Source of the DNA: Octopus vulgaris
Lineage: Eukaryota
Length of the DNA stretch: 64,000 bases
Direction: 5' to 3'
NCBI GenBank assembly: GCA_951406725.2
Contig: OX597814.1
Location: 10,292,001-10,356,000, forward strand
Below, piece after piece: positions 13,101 to 27,105 of the stretch. Within the stretch, counting starts at the first letter, position 1. Each line of letters begins with the position of its first letter. The notes beneath the pieces are model-generated. The model was not told the origin of the DNA, searched no databases, and saw only the letters and a list, made by a program, of their open reading frames with translations. Made by a program: the position numbers and the translations under genes.

Positions 13101-14603
13101 CGATATCACCTGCAGTCACTGAAATTACAGCTTATTCTAACAGCAAAGCAGTTGCTAAATCTACCACTTTTTAAAAACCCAATTTAATTGGGATGGTGGA
13201 GAAAGAAGTATTAAATAGACAAGATAAGAGGACTGGGGTGAGTCATAGGCTCGTTTGAGAAGAAGGCACAAAGGTCGCACCAATCGTACCACTGAACTTG
13301 ATAAAAATACAGAAAAATATACGTTAATGTACCGATGCTTATTCATATCACGTTAACACAAAAATTAATGAGACGTTGTCTAATGTTTCACTCTTCCGCC
13401 AACGTTCAAGTTTATATTCATTTCCGTCTTAAATAGAACGGTGAATAAATATTTAGGTGGTGGATGTGCCTTCCAGAAATTGCATGCATAACTTGCCTCC
13501 ATTATATATTACTACCTAACCTTGGTGCATAGATCTAGTTTTCGTTCCTCAAATTTGAAGACTGTGTGTTTCACGGGCCGGGAGACACCTCCAGCGAGTA
13601 GAGTTCTCTAATGTGCCGCCATGCAGTGACGGTGTATGAAAATTTGTAGTAGGTGAGACTGTGTTGTCAGCTTTTGTCGGCTACGTTTTCCCATAACTTC
13701 TCTCTTTGACGAAGCTCCAATCGTCGGCCATGCAAAGACCAGTAGCAGGCTCTAGAATATTGTCAGGAATAATCTTTGAAACTTACAATCTATCATGGGG
13801 GAGAAGATTTCTGGAAAGACAACGAAATTTTTAGGATAAACTTGGCGACAAGAATCAGTTGGTTGGCTTGTTGAGGAAAACTTTCTGTCTGAAGATTATA
13901 AATAACAACCAAAAGTCTCCGAATGAGGAGTGATACCTCAGATCATTGGTAGTTCAAGAAAACTTTTATGGGCACAGCAGTGCCATCAGCTTCACCTGTT
14001 GGAGATGTACTCCAAGTGACGAAACATTTCTATGCACGCTCATAGCAGAGTTGTGAAGTTATGTTGAATAACTGTTGTTGATTGTTGGTCGAATTCGTGC
14101 ATCAGTCATGCCTATCGTGTAGTTTTCCCCATTACTTATATATGGTCGATGAAAACAGAAATTATTTCTTTCTGCCTGGCAAAAGAAGTCATATGATGAA
14201 CGCGACTGAATGGGCTGAAGACCGAGTCTTTAACTTCGGTGAGGATTTAACCAAAACGAAAATCTGAGAAAAAAATATTTTCGATCGGGACATCATATCT
14301 GATGGAACACGTTGCATATTGATTGCAGAAGAATTTTCTTGTGGTCTGGCCGTGGGACAAACTACATCGATTAGGCCTATGATCGAATGTGTTCAAACAA
14401 CGGATGTTCCATATTTCTTTTTAGTTATGTCTAGTATTCTTTATTCAACGCGTCATTCTCTTTTATAAACGGTAAAGTGAGATGTGAAGATTTGGCTACT
14501 GTACCCAACAGGTTGACCAACCTTATATAAAATAATATGGTGACTCTTTTTCTTTCTTATTCTCTTTATATCTCCCTTTCATCCATCCATTCTGTCTATG
14601 TAT

Positions 14604-14646
<43 letters not shown>

Positions 14647-15086
14647 CACACACACATATACATGCATACATACATATATGCAGGCATACACACCCTCAGT
14701 GAGCAACATTCCTTTAAACGATTAACATTTATGCGAATTTATTCTGACAGGAACGTTCACGAAAGATATATGAGAATGAAAACATTAACCTTTTGATAGC
14801 CTAATTTCAAGACCATATGTTTTCTTTGTGCAACTGTCAACCTTTTACTCTTTGTATTTACCTGTCTTGTTAAGCAACTGTAGTTATCAACAAAATACAA
14901 ACTCTTTTGAATGAAGACGCCGGTAGAGATAGATATAAGTTTGTAACGCTATATCTTTGATAAGGACATAAAAAATATTCTATATCAATTTCTTCCTCTG
15001 GCTCTCCTTTCCTCTCTCATCCCTCTTTCTATATATTACATAGCTAATTTTTTTTACATAAACATGCTCAAATGTGCGTGAACATG

Positions 15087-15175
<89 letters not shown>

Positions 15176-15338
15176 AAAAGTTAACAACAGCTAATTATGT
15201 GCTAAAGAAAAACATTACCCACTGGCTAATAATATTTTAATTACTTCGTATTTCCAGGTGATTAATACCGAGATATGTTTCACCATAATTATGATGTTAT
15301 TAACTCTTTCATACACAAACATAAAGATACACACTCAC

Positions 15339-15557
<219 letters not shown>

Positions 15558-15741
15558 TGGACTGGATAAATTTTAACGCTGCATTTTGCCAACAGGAGAA
15601 CAGGAAATCAATGTGCGCTGTAGAGTACATTCTGTATTTATACTTAGTTCGAAGTCTTGCGATACGAGTTTCACACCTCTATGATCGCCAGGCGAGAATT
15701 ATGGGCACGCGTGCCTTCTTCTGTCTGTCTCTGTCTGTCTG

Positions 15742-15795
<54 letters not shown>

Positions 15796-16251
15796 TCTCT
15801 CCCATACTCACAGTGTCGGTTGGAACAAAAGATTGAAGAAAATCTTCTATGAGTGTGTGTACGTGTGTATGACCTGCCAAAATAACTCAGAGTGAAAGTT
15901 CCGTCTCGTTTAAAATAATTCAGAATCCCTGACTCTTCCTGTCTTTCACTCTCGTTCTCTCATAATGCATATATACATACGCATGTATGTATGTATGTAT
16001 GTATGTATGTATGTATGTATGTATGTATGTATGTATGTATGTATGTATGTATGCATGCATGTATGCATGTATGTATGTATGTATGTATGTATGTATGTAT
16101 GTATGTATGTATGTATGCATGTATGTATGTATGTATGTATGCGTGCATGTATGTATGTAGGTATGTATGTATGTAAGCATGAATGTATGTATGTATGTAT
16201 TGAATGTATATATATATATGTTGTATATTCATATTTACATTTATTACATTA

Positions 16252-16425
16252 AGGTGGTGAGCTGGCAGAATCAGCTGCATTTCGACCATCTCCATGCTCT
16301 GAGTTCAAATTCTGCTGATGTCGACTTCTCTTCATCCTTTCGAAGTCGATAAATTAAGTACGAATGTAATCGACTAGTCCCTTCCCACTTCAAATTTGGG
16401 GCCTTGTGCCTTCAGTAGAAAAGAT
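16252..16425 (+). mobile_element. SINE family A, older internally deleted copy
   Basis: GGTGGTGAGCTGGCAGAATC head, GAGTTCAAATTC B-box-like motif, and a tail ending CCTTGTGCCTTCAGTAGAAAAG. Confidence 0.75.
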
Positions 16426-16444
16426 TATATATATATGCATATAT

Positions 16445-16866
16445 AGTTTTAGCTTTTGGATACATTTCGCTGATGCTCTGAGATGCATCTCTGAGATACT
16501 CTCTGATGCTCTGAGATGTTCCAACATCAAATTTTTCTACACCAATCCCCTTTGCGCAGTGAACCCAACCGGGTTTCATCAAGTCCCAGCTTGCGTCTCA
16601 ATAGCAGCAAACTACTGGTCTGCCCTCTTTATCCAAAACCACCTCGTGTTCTTCTCTGTAGCTTCAGTGATGGAATTTATAACACTTCTCTTAGTTGCCC
16701 GGGTAACTCCAAGCCCTGGCTGAGTTTTACAGAATCCTCACCTTACTACAACACCGCGACAGTTCATTTTAATTGCGCCGCAAAGTGCCTGTCAACCCCG
16801 ATATCTGCTCGTTACTGCAAGCTCCTGGTATTTGGCAAATTCCTTTCATGATCCTCCTCCTTATGT
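16445..16866 (-). mobile_element. 3' end of a HERO/R2-like (restriction-like endonuclease) non-LTR retrotransposon, decayed
   Basis: Minus-strand translation with frameshifts gives EEDHER/FAKYQELAV..RYRG*QALCGAIKMNCRG...GLGVTRATKRSVINSITEATEKNTRWFWIKRADQ*. This matches the HERO-clade RLE C-terminal pattern KYQEL...IEVGCRG...EAAERASRWLWIKR. Confidence 0.75.
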
Positions 16867-16935
16867 TTCCCTATCTATGTTTCTAGCCATCTACCTATGT
16901 GTATACACACACATACACACACACATACATGTACA

Positions 16936-16989
<54 letters not shown>

Positions 16990-16992
<3 letters not shown>

Positions 16993-17200
16993 TTGGACGG
17001 TTTCGTCATCAATGGCGGAATATGGTCGTCCAGGATTAGGAGCACTTTCCACCGATGTCCCACCACATTTGAACTGGCGATGCTTGTACTTAACTAAGTT
17101 GTATGATGACGCATCGTCATCATAAATTTCTTTTTTTTCATTTCATCGAAAGTCTCTTTTGGTGTACGACCTTTCAACTATAAGAACATGCCTCCTATTA
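16990..17200 (-). mobile_element. Decayed mariner transposase N-terminal fragment
   Basis: Minus strand reads LKGRTPKETFDEMK..YDDDASSYNLVKY.HRQFKCGGTSVESAPNPGRPYSAIDDETVQ, the mariner HTH plus GRP motif. Confidence 0.8.
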
Positions 17201-17689
17201 TAACACCAGGAAGAATTCACATGCCTGGAAGAACTCACATGCTAGTATAATCTTGTCTTAAAAGAGTTTTGTGTTAACACGCACAAACACAATACTGTGG
17301 CTTTTTGTCTAAGTTATACTGATCTGAAACATTTAACATTTACTTATGAATTGTCATTTAGGCGAAAAATTATATATTTCCACTGTTACAGTTTTCAAGG
17401 ATCCAGTAATTATGCAATGAGATATATTTTCCTAAACAAAGGGTTAATGAATGACTAAATTTTATATAGATTCTGTTTGAAAGATGAAGTGTGTATTCAA
17501 ATCTACAAACGAAGTCAAAATTTCGTCACGAGCACACAGTTATCATTGAATCATATGAAACTAAACACTATTGACACTTTTATCATTATCCATCGGATCT
17601 ACGCAAACATGCACCACCTAGTCTACTGACCTGAACTTTAGAAACACGTCTTCGGGTGACATTCAACGACAACAATACATTTTTTTGTT

Positions 17690-17890
17690 TTTTACTTGTT
17701 TCGGTCATTTGACTGCAGTCATGCTGGGACACCGCCTAGAGGGTTTTAGTCCAACAAATCGAACTCAGGGTATATTTTTTTAAAGCGGAGTGCGTAGCCT
17801 ATCGGTCTCTTATGCCGAGCCGCTAAGTTACAGGGACGGTAACACACCAACACCAATTGTTAAGCGGTAGTGGGAGGACAAATATAGGCA
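17690..17890 (-). mobile_element. SINE family B 3' half
   Basis: Matches the 3' half of the full copy at 48274-48670 (ttcggtcatttgactgc...gctaagttacagggac...acaccaacacc). Confidence 0.75.
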
Positions 17891-18204
17891 CAAATAGCGT
17901 ACGCATATATACACACATGTATATACATATATATATATATACACACACACATATATATATATATGCATTCATATATATACATATATATATGTATATATAT
18001 GTATGTGAGTGTGTGTGCGCGCGTGTTGGTGTGTGTATACAGATATGTATATATACATGTAAATGTATGTGTGCGTATGTATATAAAGTATATACGTATG
18101 CTACATGCGTCGAAATAATTGTCGCGATTAATAAATTCTCGTATATTGCATCTTCCACCTTTCATTTGCCATATATATATATATGTATGTATGTATATAC
18201 ATTC

Positions 18205-18778
18205 TTTTATTTGTTTCAGTCATTTGACTGCGGACATGCTGGAGCACTACCTTTAGTCGAACAAATTAACCCCAGTACTTATTGTTTGTAAGCCTGATAC
18301 TTACACACTAACATCGGTTCTCAAGCGATTGTGGCGGGACAAACACAAACACACAAACATACATATATACGACAGACTTCTTTCAGTTTCTGTCTACCAA
18401 ATCCACTCACAAGGCTTTGGTCGGCCGTAGGCTATAATAGGAGACACTGGCAGCTGGCAGAAACGTTAGCACGCCGGGCGAAATGCTTAGCGGTATTTCG
18501 CCTGCCGCTATGTTCTGAGTTCAAAATCCGCCGAGGCCGACTTTGCCTTTCATCCTTTCTGGGTCGATTAAATAAGTACCAGTTACGCACTGGGGTCGAT
18601 ATAATCAACTTAATCCGTTTGTCTGTCCTTGTTTGTTCCCTCTGTGTTTAGCCCCTTTTGGGTAGTAAAGAAATATATAATAGGAGAGACTTGCCCAAGG
18701 TGCCACGCAGTGGGACTGAAACCAAGACCATGTGGTTGGTAAGCAAGTTACTTAGCACACGGCTACTCCTGTGCCTAT
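18205..18778 (-). mobile_element. SINE family B (GGCGCAGGAGTGGCTGTGTGGTAAG head) interrupted by a SINE A insertion
   Basis: The two B halves are collinear across the insert. Confidence 0.85.
18450..18675 (+). mobile_element. Young SINE family A inserted into SINE B
   Basis: Near-consensus copy ending GTAGTAAAGAAATA, with a TSD-like tataatagg(g)agac on both sides. Confidence 0.9.
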
Positions 18779-19023
18779 GCACACAACCGTCCCTGCGTCT
18801 ATAGCACACAGCCACTATATAAAACATAAGCAAGATTCAGTTGAATTAGTTTCTTAAATTGAGGCACCTCGTTAGGTCGGATTAATATGCACACGCAAAA
18901 CACAACGGTTTCTTTACAATGATGTAATGTTTTCACCAATCAATTAAATGAGTTGTTAGAAACGGCCGTAATGGTTTGACATCCGTACCTCTACTGTTAC
19001 TTATTTATATATATATACATATA

Positions 19024-19454
<431 letters not shown>

Positions 19455-19619
19455 AATATATGTGTGTGTGTGTGTATGTATGTGTGTGTGTGAGAGAGAG
19501 AAAGTCAGCTGCGAATGTTCCATACTTCCATCATGTTTTTGTCTCCCTTTTCTGTCAGTTATATTCTCACCCATGATTTGGCTTCTGTGACTTCTTAGTG
19601 GTTGTCTTTTAACTTTTCA

Positions 19620-20690
19620 TATCTTACCTGCTTCAGTCATTAGACGGCAGCGAAGCTGGGGCATCGTCTTGAAGGGATTTTACTCGAACAAATTGACCGC
19701 AAACATTTTGGGGTGTTCCCTGTTTGACTGTCACTTTTCAATTTGTTTTTCCAATTGATTTCAAATTTGGCGCTATTTTGTGTACTCATTATTGACATAA
19801 AATTTGTTTTTGCCATAAATCAATAAATAAGCAGTTAATAGCCTTTAAATTACGCAAATTTTGGGTAATTTTAACCAATCGAAAGCCACATAGAGGTGCA
19901 TGTTTCCATAGTAACAAGTCAAGCGTTCGAAAAGCGTTTACGAATAACCATGTGTACAAACCGATATTTTACACTGTGTTCTCCTGCTCGTACCCGTCTT
20001 TTTTCTGCTCTTAAAACCACAAAATATGTCGTTTAGTGTTTTTTTTCCGCTTTAAATACATATTGAATGCATGAAACTACAAACTATGTGTTGTTTAATG
20101 GTCTTTTGGTAATTTTTCGCTTATTAAATGCTTAAAAACACGTGCTATCGTACATTGTTGACATTTTGTCGTATTAAGAATACAGTTAAACACAAAATGA
20201 CACATTCTGGATCCTGCTTTCTGACTGGGTAAAAATGATCAAACTTTAAAAACCTCTGAAAATTTTTAAATATATTTTTTCACGAACAAGTGAATTAGGC
20301 CCAGGGATTCAGCATAAAAAACTTACATCAATACACTAAATTTGAACATTCTCACTTAAGTTCAAGATTTCAAACAGTGCAGCCAAACAAAAAAGATTCC
20401 ACTCTTTTTTTAAAGCCTGGTACTTATTCTATCGTTCTCTTTTGCCTAACATCTAAGTTACAGGGACATAAACACACCAACGCAGGTTGTCAAACGGTGG
20501 TGGGGGACAAACACACACACAAAGACACACATACACACACATATTTTATATATATATATATGATAAATCCACTCACAAGGGTTTGGTCTACTCGAGGCTA
20601 TAGTAAAAGACACTTGTCCAAGGTGCCACGCAGTCGAACTGAAACCGGAATCCTGTTTGTGGGGAGCAAGCTGTTTACCACACACCCTTT
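19620..20690 (-). mobile_element. SINE family B split by a 0.67-kb insertion
   Basis: The 3' piece at 19620-19705 resumes at about 20400 (aaagcctggtacttattctatcg). Confidence 0.75.
19710..20384. mobile_element. Putative non-autonomous DNA transposon
   Basis: AT-rich insert interrupting a SINE B, with imperfect inverted termini gggtgttccctgtttga / tcaaacagtgcagcc. Confidence 0.5.
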
Positions 20691-20921
20691 CACGTATTGA
20701 GAATTCCTAGTTCGTTGCACAATTTTGAAGTATAAAGATGCATACTTACACACATACATATATGTACATAGATTTACAAACTCGCACGTGCGCGCGAGTA
20801 TACATATGTATATATATATATATATATGTATGTGTATATACATAAATATATATATGTATATATATATATGTATATATATATATATGTGTGTATATATATG
20901 TGTATATATATATATATATAC

Positions 20922-21046
20922 ATCACGTCACGTGATCACGTGGCCGACCAGACCATCAGATGTTGTTACACATCGCTGGTCACAATACGTTCGCATTGTT
21001 TTAGCCTTCGAATGACGCCACCCCGCGGGCTAAGCGAGCAGGCCAG
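20922..21046 (-). mobile_element. 5'-truncated SINE family C in (TA)n
   Basis: Near-identical to 19024-19146. Confidence 0.85.
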
Positions 21047-21073
21047 TATATATATATATATATATATATACAT

Positions 21074-21229
<156 letters not shown>

Positions 21230-21429
21230 TGGCCTGGGTACGTCAGTTTTTATCCAGTCTCCTTGGCTGATGTTTTTGCGGAATGTGACTTTGGAGTCCA
21301 CGTCGGTGGGTAGAATTCGCACAGGATGGTCGGTGCAGCTCGATGATGTTGAAGACATATATGTATGTGTGTGAGTGTGTCTGTGTGTTTGTGTGCGTGC
21401 GTTTGTGTGTGCATGTGTGAACATATATA

Positions 21430-21648
21430 TAGAACGCCATGATAGATCGTTAGCTCCTACACGCATTTTTTTCTCTCCTTGTCTCTCTCCTTGTTTTTTA
21501 CTGTGTATCTTTCTTTCGAAGAGCGTAGGCTCGAAACGTAAAAGAATTGTTCTATTTCTATTCCTGAGCGCCATACTAATACATTTGTTTGTTTGTACTC
21601 CACCTGCCTTCGTCTTTTGTTTATTTTCGTAAACCTTCCCGTTATATA
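21430..21648 (+). mobile_element. Penelope-like pseudo-LTR fragment with a hammerhead-like motif
   Basis: Contains GAAGAGC-gtag-GCTC-GAAACGTA followed by TTCCTGAGCGCC, the same architecture as the minus-strand copy at 36805-37080. Flanked by TA runs. Confidence 0.55.
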
Positions 21649-22457
21649 GATATATATATGCACACACACACACATAATACACACAAACACACACATATTA
21701 TAAATAATATATATGCATACATATACATAACTATATAAGTGACAGCTATGTGAAAATGAGGGAAAAATAAGAGTGATAAATAGAAAAAAGTTAAGAACGG
21801 CGAAATGACGTATAAGTGAATAAATAGCAGCACGTGGCTGTATATTATTGTTTATTTCTTGCTCGTAATTTGTCACCCTGTTAAATCATGCTGGATTATG
21901 AAGAAAAAACAGTTTCAAGTGTGACAAGTGATGTCTAGCCCCTATCGCCGAGTGTTCGTCTGGTTATCAGAAGAATCAAAATGGTAACGCATGGCTGACC
22001 CGTGAAATTGTCCCTTCAATGGCAACACCAGTTTGTTATTACAGATCACCACTACGTAAAGATATTGCTTGACTGGCTGCTGCGGTTTTCAAGGGAGGGA
22101 ATCTACGGTGCTGAAAAGTGTGGGTGTGGGTAAGTGTGTGGGTGTGGGTGTGGGTGTGGGGGTATGTGTGTGGAGGAGAGTTGTCGGGGGTGAGGATAAG
22201 GAGGGAGAAATGAAGCTGAAGGAAAAAGGGATGGCGGTACACGTGTAAAGAGAGTAAGGTGAAGGTGAAGACAACGCTGACGATAATGATGACGATGACA
22301 ACGACTACGACGACGACGACGGCGGCGGCGGCATCGCTTATGAAGAAGAAGAAGAAGAAGAAGAAGAAGGAAGAGGAAGGGGAAGACGAGAAGAAAGATG
22401 AAGAGAAAATAATATGCAAAAATAAAGACAAACCATCATCATCGGTTGTGGCGATGC

Positions 22458-22495
<38 letters not shown>

Positions 22496-23569
22496 ATAGT
22501 AGTAGTAGTAGTAGTAGTAGTAGCAGCAGCAGCAGTAGTGATCGCGGCAGAGGCCGCAATGACGGCGAGAGGGGGGAGGGGCAGCGGAGACAGCAGTAGT
22601 GATGGCGGTCGTAGCAAAAGCGTTCAATGAAAGCGGAGGAAGAAAATGTATTATTTTGTGACCGTTTCCTTTCGTCGAGGGAATATCTAACTGCTGTTCA
22701 CTCTTAACATTGTTGTCTTGCAATAGTCACGTGGACAACAATTTGCAGTGGGGGGGGGGTAGTGTGTGTTTGTGGGGGGGGGGGCAGTTGTTAGGTTTCC
22801 ATCAATCATTATTGTTGTTCGTACTGCTAGTGTTGTTGTTGTTGTTCTTCTTCTTTTCCTTGCTACCCCGACAATGTGACGGCGTGGTTAGCATACTGTC
22901 ATGTTTCAACAATACATTCAAGACATTTGACATGCTTTACCCATTTGTTACTGAGCGTTAAAAAATATTTCTTGCGGGTCGGGATCATCTTGTAATGAAA
23001 TGTAATGAAGTTGTAAGGATGACCTGAGAGTTTTCAAGACCAATTGCTCTGAAGGTTCTATTTATTTAAACGTTTTTGAGTAGATTGACCTTATTATTAT
23101 TGCTTGCGAACGTATTGAATTGATCTCAAACCCAATATCTCATCCCTGTTGATTTCGAACGAACAGTATAGATTACATAAGAACATGAAGATCTAATGAC
23201 AAGTCCAATGCAAAGTCCTTCGAGATCCTTGATATACTGATCCCATAAAACACTATACATATACCTACAAGCGCATACCGTACATGCCGTTAAAATTTCT
23301 ACTATACTGACAACACTATATACTTATATGAAAAGGTGCTGAAGAATTCTAGCCTTTAAGGGTATAGCGAAAGGCCTGGCTGGAGGCCCAACCTTCTGTG
23401 TTTTTTTTACTGGGCTTAGAAAAACTGAAAGACCGCTGCAATAAATGAGTGAATCTGAGAGAATATTTTGAATAAAATCATAACTTACTGATCCTCCTGC
23501 AGTTTCTTTTACCCAAAGCCAGGAACTTTTCAGCATACTCTTATACACATCACTAAACATTCATCTATA

Positions 23570-24720
23570 AATATGGTTTCAAATTTTGACATAAGGCCAG
23601 CAATTTCGGGTGAAGAGATAAGACAATGACATCGACCGCAATGATCAACTGGTACTTATTTTATTCACCCCGAAAGGTTGAAAAGCAAAAATCAATCTCG
23701 GCGGAGGTTGAACTCAGAACGTAAAGACGGACGAAGGCCGTTAAGAAATTTTCTCGGCCTGTTGACGAATCTGCCAGTTCGTCACCTTACTCATCTTTAT
23801 ATTTGACCAATATACTCCAAAATATACATCCATCGCAGCTGCACTACTTACCATGGATACATCATAACTATATGCTCTGCACACCTAGCAAACAATAAGA
23901 TCAATTTTACAAGTAACATGAATACTTTTAAATTACAGATTTATGGAAGGGAAATTAAGTGTTCGTACGATGAGATTGGATTCGTCTTGACTGTTAAAAT
24001 GGCTATTGCACTGCAGCGGTTTATATTTGCTGGACTGAATTTGATTCAACACGACTTGTTATTATTGGTTTCAAAGTTTGGCACAAGGCCAGCAAATTCT
24101 GAGGATGGATAATCGATTATATCGGCCCCTAACAATTCGCCGACTTACGAGTTGTTAATATTAGTGGAGCCTTGAGTTCCGCCGAGGTCAACTTTGCCTT
24201 CCATCCTTCCGGGGTGGATAAATTAAATACCAGTTGCGTACAGGGATCGATCTAATCGACTGACCCCACCTCCCCAAAAATTTCGGGCCTTGTGCCTAGA
24301 GTAGAAAAGAGCTTTAGGGCGGCGAGCTGGCAGAATTGTTAGCACGCCGGGCCAAATGCTTAGCGGCATTTCGTCCGTCTTTACGTTCTGAGTTCAAATT
24401 TCCGTCAAGGCTGACTTTGCCTTTTATCCTTTCGGGGTCGATAAAATTTGTAACAGTTGAGTACTGGGATTGATGTAATCGATTTATATCTATCTCCGAA
24501 ATTGCTTTCTTTGTGCCAGAATTTGACACCAATATCAGTAGAGCTCTTAGGCGATGAGCCAGCAGAGTCGTTACCGCACCGGGCAAAATACTTTGCGGTA
24601 TTTTTCCCTATATTACGTTCTCTGTTCAAATTCTGCCGAGGTTGATTTTGCCTTTCATCATTTTGGGGTCGATAAAGTAAGTGAGAACTGAGGACGATGA
24701 AATCGACTTACCTCCTCCTC
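23570..24720. mobile_element. Cluster of five or more SINE family A copies in both orientations
   Basis: Copies at about 23570-23790(-), 24065-24130(-), 24170-24310(+), 24317-24535(+) and 24549-24720(+). Confidence 0.85.
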
Positions 24721-25484
24721 TGAACCATTATTAGTTGAGCTCTATCATGTTTGGTGTAAAAATGTAAGCAAACCTGCAAGTGATTATATCACGTGATGGA
24801 TACAGTCCACCACATACATAGAATGTTCAACAATGCTAACGAAATATGAACATTCGGTCTACGTTTTAAAGGAGGAAAGCACACTTTCTATGAAATGAAT
24901 ACAAAATTGGAATATGTAGAATCTATGAAACTTTGCATTGACAGAAAACAAAATATCATTCCATGCTAATGTTGAGAATCTAAATCCTGCGACTCATGGG
25001 ACTTTCTGAATGGTATGGCCAACGATAAACACCTTTTTAATGGTGTGTTCCGTCTGATGATGATTCATACCTCGTGCGGCCCATTTCTCGAACAGAGCGT
25101 GATAAACTTCATCTAAATAAAGGGTCGGAATTTAATCTTTGAGTTCCACAAATACAACGGAAATTATATAAATAAAACTCAGAGAATTTATCAGGAACAT
25201 ACAATAGATGCATTTTATATACTCATGTACATAATCAGAGAAACATACATACATGTATACATATTTATGAACAAAGGAAAGAGTCTTTACGCAGTCGCTC
25301 GATCATCTTGAAATAGCAGCCAAAAATCTACGTTGAGGGAAGTACGCATTTGGTAATATCCGTTTTGATATACTCTACTCGATCACTTGTGACACGGTGT
25401 TAAGACATATGGACAAAGATAGATTCCTCCTGTTGGCTTGGAGTGAGCGCTTCTTTTAGAATGTGATAACTGCTTTCAGGAATA

Positions 25485-25872
25485 TTGGTTTAAAATTTTG
25501 GAACAAGGCCAGCAATTTCGAGGGAGGGGCCAGTAAATTACATCGATCCCAGTGCTTAACTGGTACTTATTTTAACGAACCCGAAAGGTTATGTCGACCG
25601 CGACGGAATTTGAACTCAGAAAGTAAATGCGGACAAAATACCTATTTCTTTACTACCCACAAGGGGCTAAACACAAAGGAGACAAACAAGGACAAACAGA
25701 CGGATTAAGTCGATTATATCGACTCCAGTGTGTAACTGGTCCTTAATTTATCGACCCCGAAAGGATGAAAGGCAAAGTCGACCTCGGCGGAATTTGAACT
25801 CAGAACGCAACAGCGGACAAAATACCGCCAAGCATTTTTACACGGCATCCTAACCATTCTGCCAGCTCACCA
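25485..25872 (-). mobile_element. Young SINE A nested in an older SINE A
   Basis: gcggacaaaatacc is duplicated at 25629-25642 and 25813-25826 around the young copy. Confidence 0.85.
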
Positions 25873-26716
25873 CATTATTATTTAATAATCTTACTCGAAC
25901 CCGTCATGCTAATCACACCCTATTCCGAGACTACACCATTAAGCCACCGCCCTGTCTGTTAGACATCATTACTACGGTGATGAAAACGGTAGCAAAATGG
26001 ACAAGGAGTCTTATTCGATGACAGATGACTACTGAAGCGTAAATGATGGCATGCCAGCCGATTCTCGCAAGTTCTACTCTATATTTTCTTTTAATTTTGT
26101 GTCTTTTTCACTGCGTAACTGTCATTATTGACTTCCTTGGCAGCTTACGACGGAGTTAAAATAAATAAATAAATAAATGTAAAAGGATAAATGCTATAAA
26201 ATAACAATGAAAATTGTCTGGAAGTAATTCATCCTAACTAAATAAAAATACTATGAAAGTGAAAATAAGCAGGCTGTTAAATTCCTCGAATATCAAATAG
26301 TTAGAATAAATAAAGGAATATATAATTAAATGAATTAATGAATAAATAAATAATTAAATAAATAAGTAATAATAAATAAAATAATAAATAATAAATAATT
26401 AATTAAAACGGATAGTATAAATAAAATGGGAAATTTTAATCCATCAGGAAGAAAAAATAATGTAGTTTCGAAACGAATGTATTCTGATATCATTATTCTT
26501 ACCAATCGGAGAAAATATCATAAAAAAGAATGTGGTGCAAACAAATGTAGGGGGCACCATTTTGTATGTGTTTAAATAGATTTGTTATTAGATTTTAAAA
26601 CGAAATGTTGTGGAAGTAAAAGATACTTCTTGGGTGCATGCATACACGTATATAAATACATAGATGTATGCACTGAGTATTTTTTATATGCATGCATTAA
26701 TACACACACACACATA

Positions 26717-27105
26717 CCTATTTCTTTACTACCCACAAGGGGCTAAATACAGAGGGGACAAACAAGGACAGACAAACGGATTAAGTCGATTACATCGACA
26801 CCAGTGCGTAACTGGTACTTAATTTATCAAAGCCGAAAGGATGAAAGGCAAAGTCGAACCTAGACGAAATACCTATTTCTTTATTACCCACAAGGGGCTA
26901 AACACAGAGGGGACAAACAAGGACAGACAAACGGATTAAGTCGATTACATCGACACCAGTGCGTAACTGGTACTTAATTTATCAAAGCCGAAAGGATGAA
27001 AGGCAAAGTCGACCTCGGCGGAATTTGAACTCAGAACGTAACGGCAAACGAAATACGGCTACGCATTTCGCCCGGCGTGCTAACGTTTCTGCCAGCTCGC
27101 CGCCT
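26717..27105 (-). mobile_element. Head-to-tail partial dimer of SINE A
   Basis: Two tails; both units share private variants. Flanking TSD ttaatacacacacacatac. Confidence 0.9.

Noticed and set aside
13560-14420. Unique GC-balanced block as exon(s) or a LINE
   Set aside because: It has stops in all frames and only a faint minus-strand WNIR trace. Probably an old TE, but not supportable by eye.
22250-22630. Poly-T/A/K/E/V ORF at 22259-22630
   Set aside because: It is a chain of trinucleotide microsatellites with no exon boundaries.
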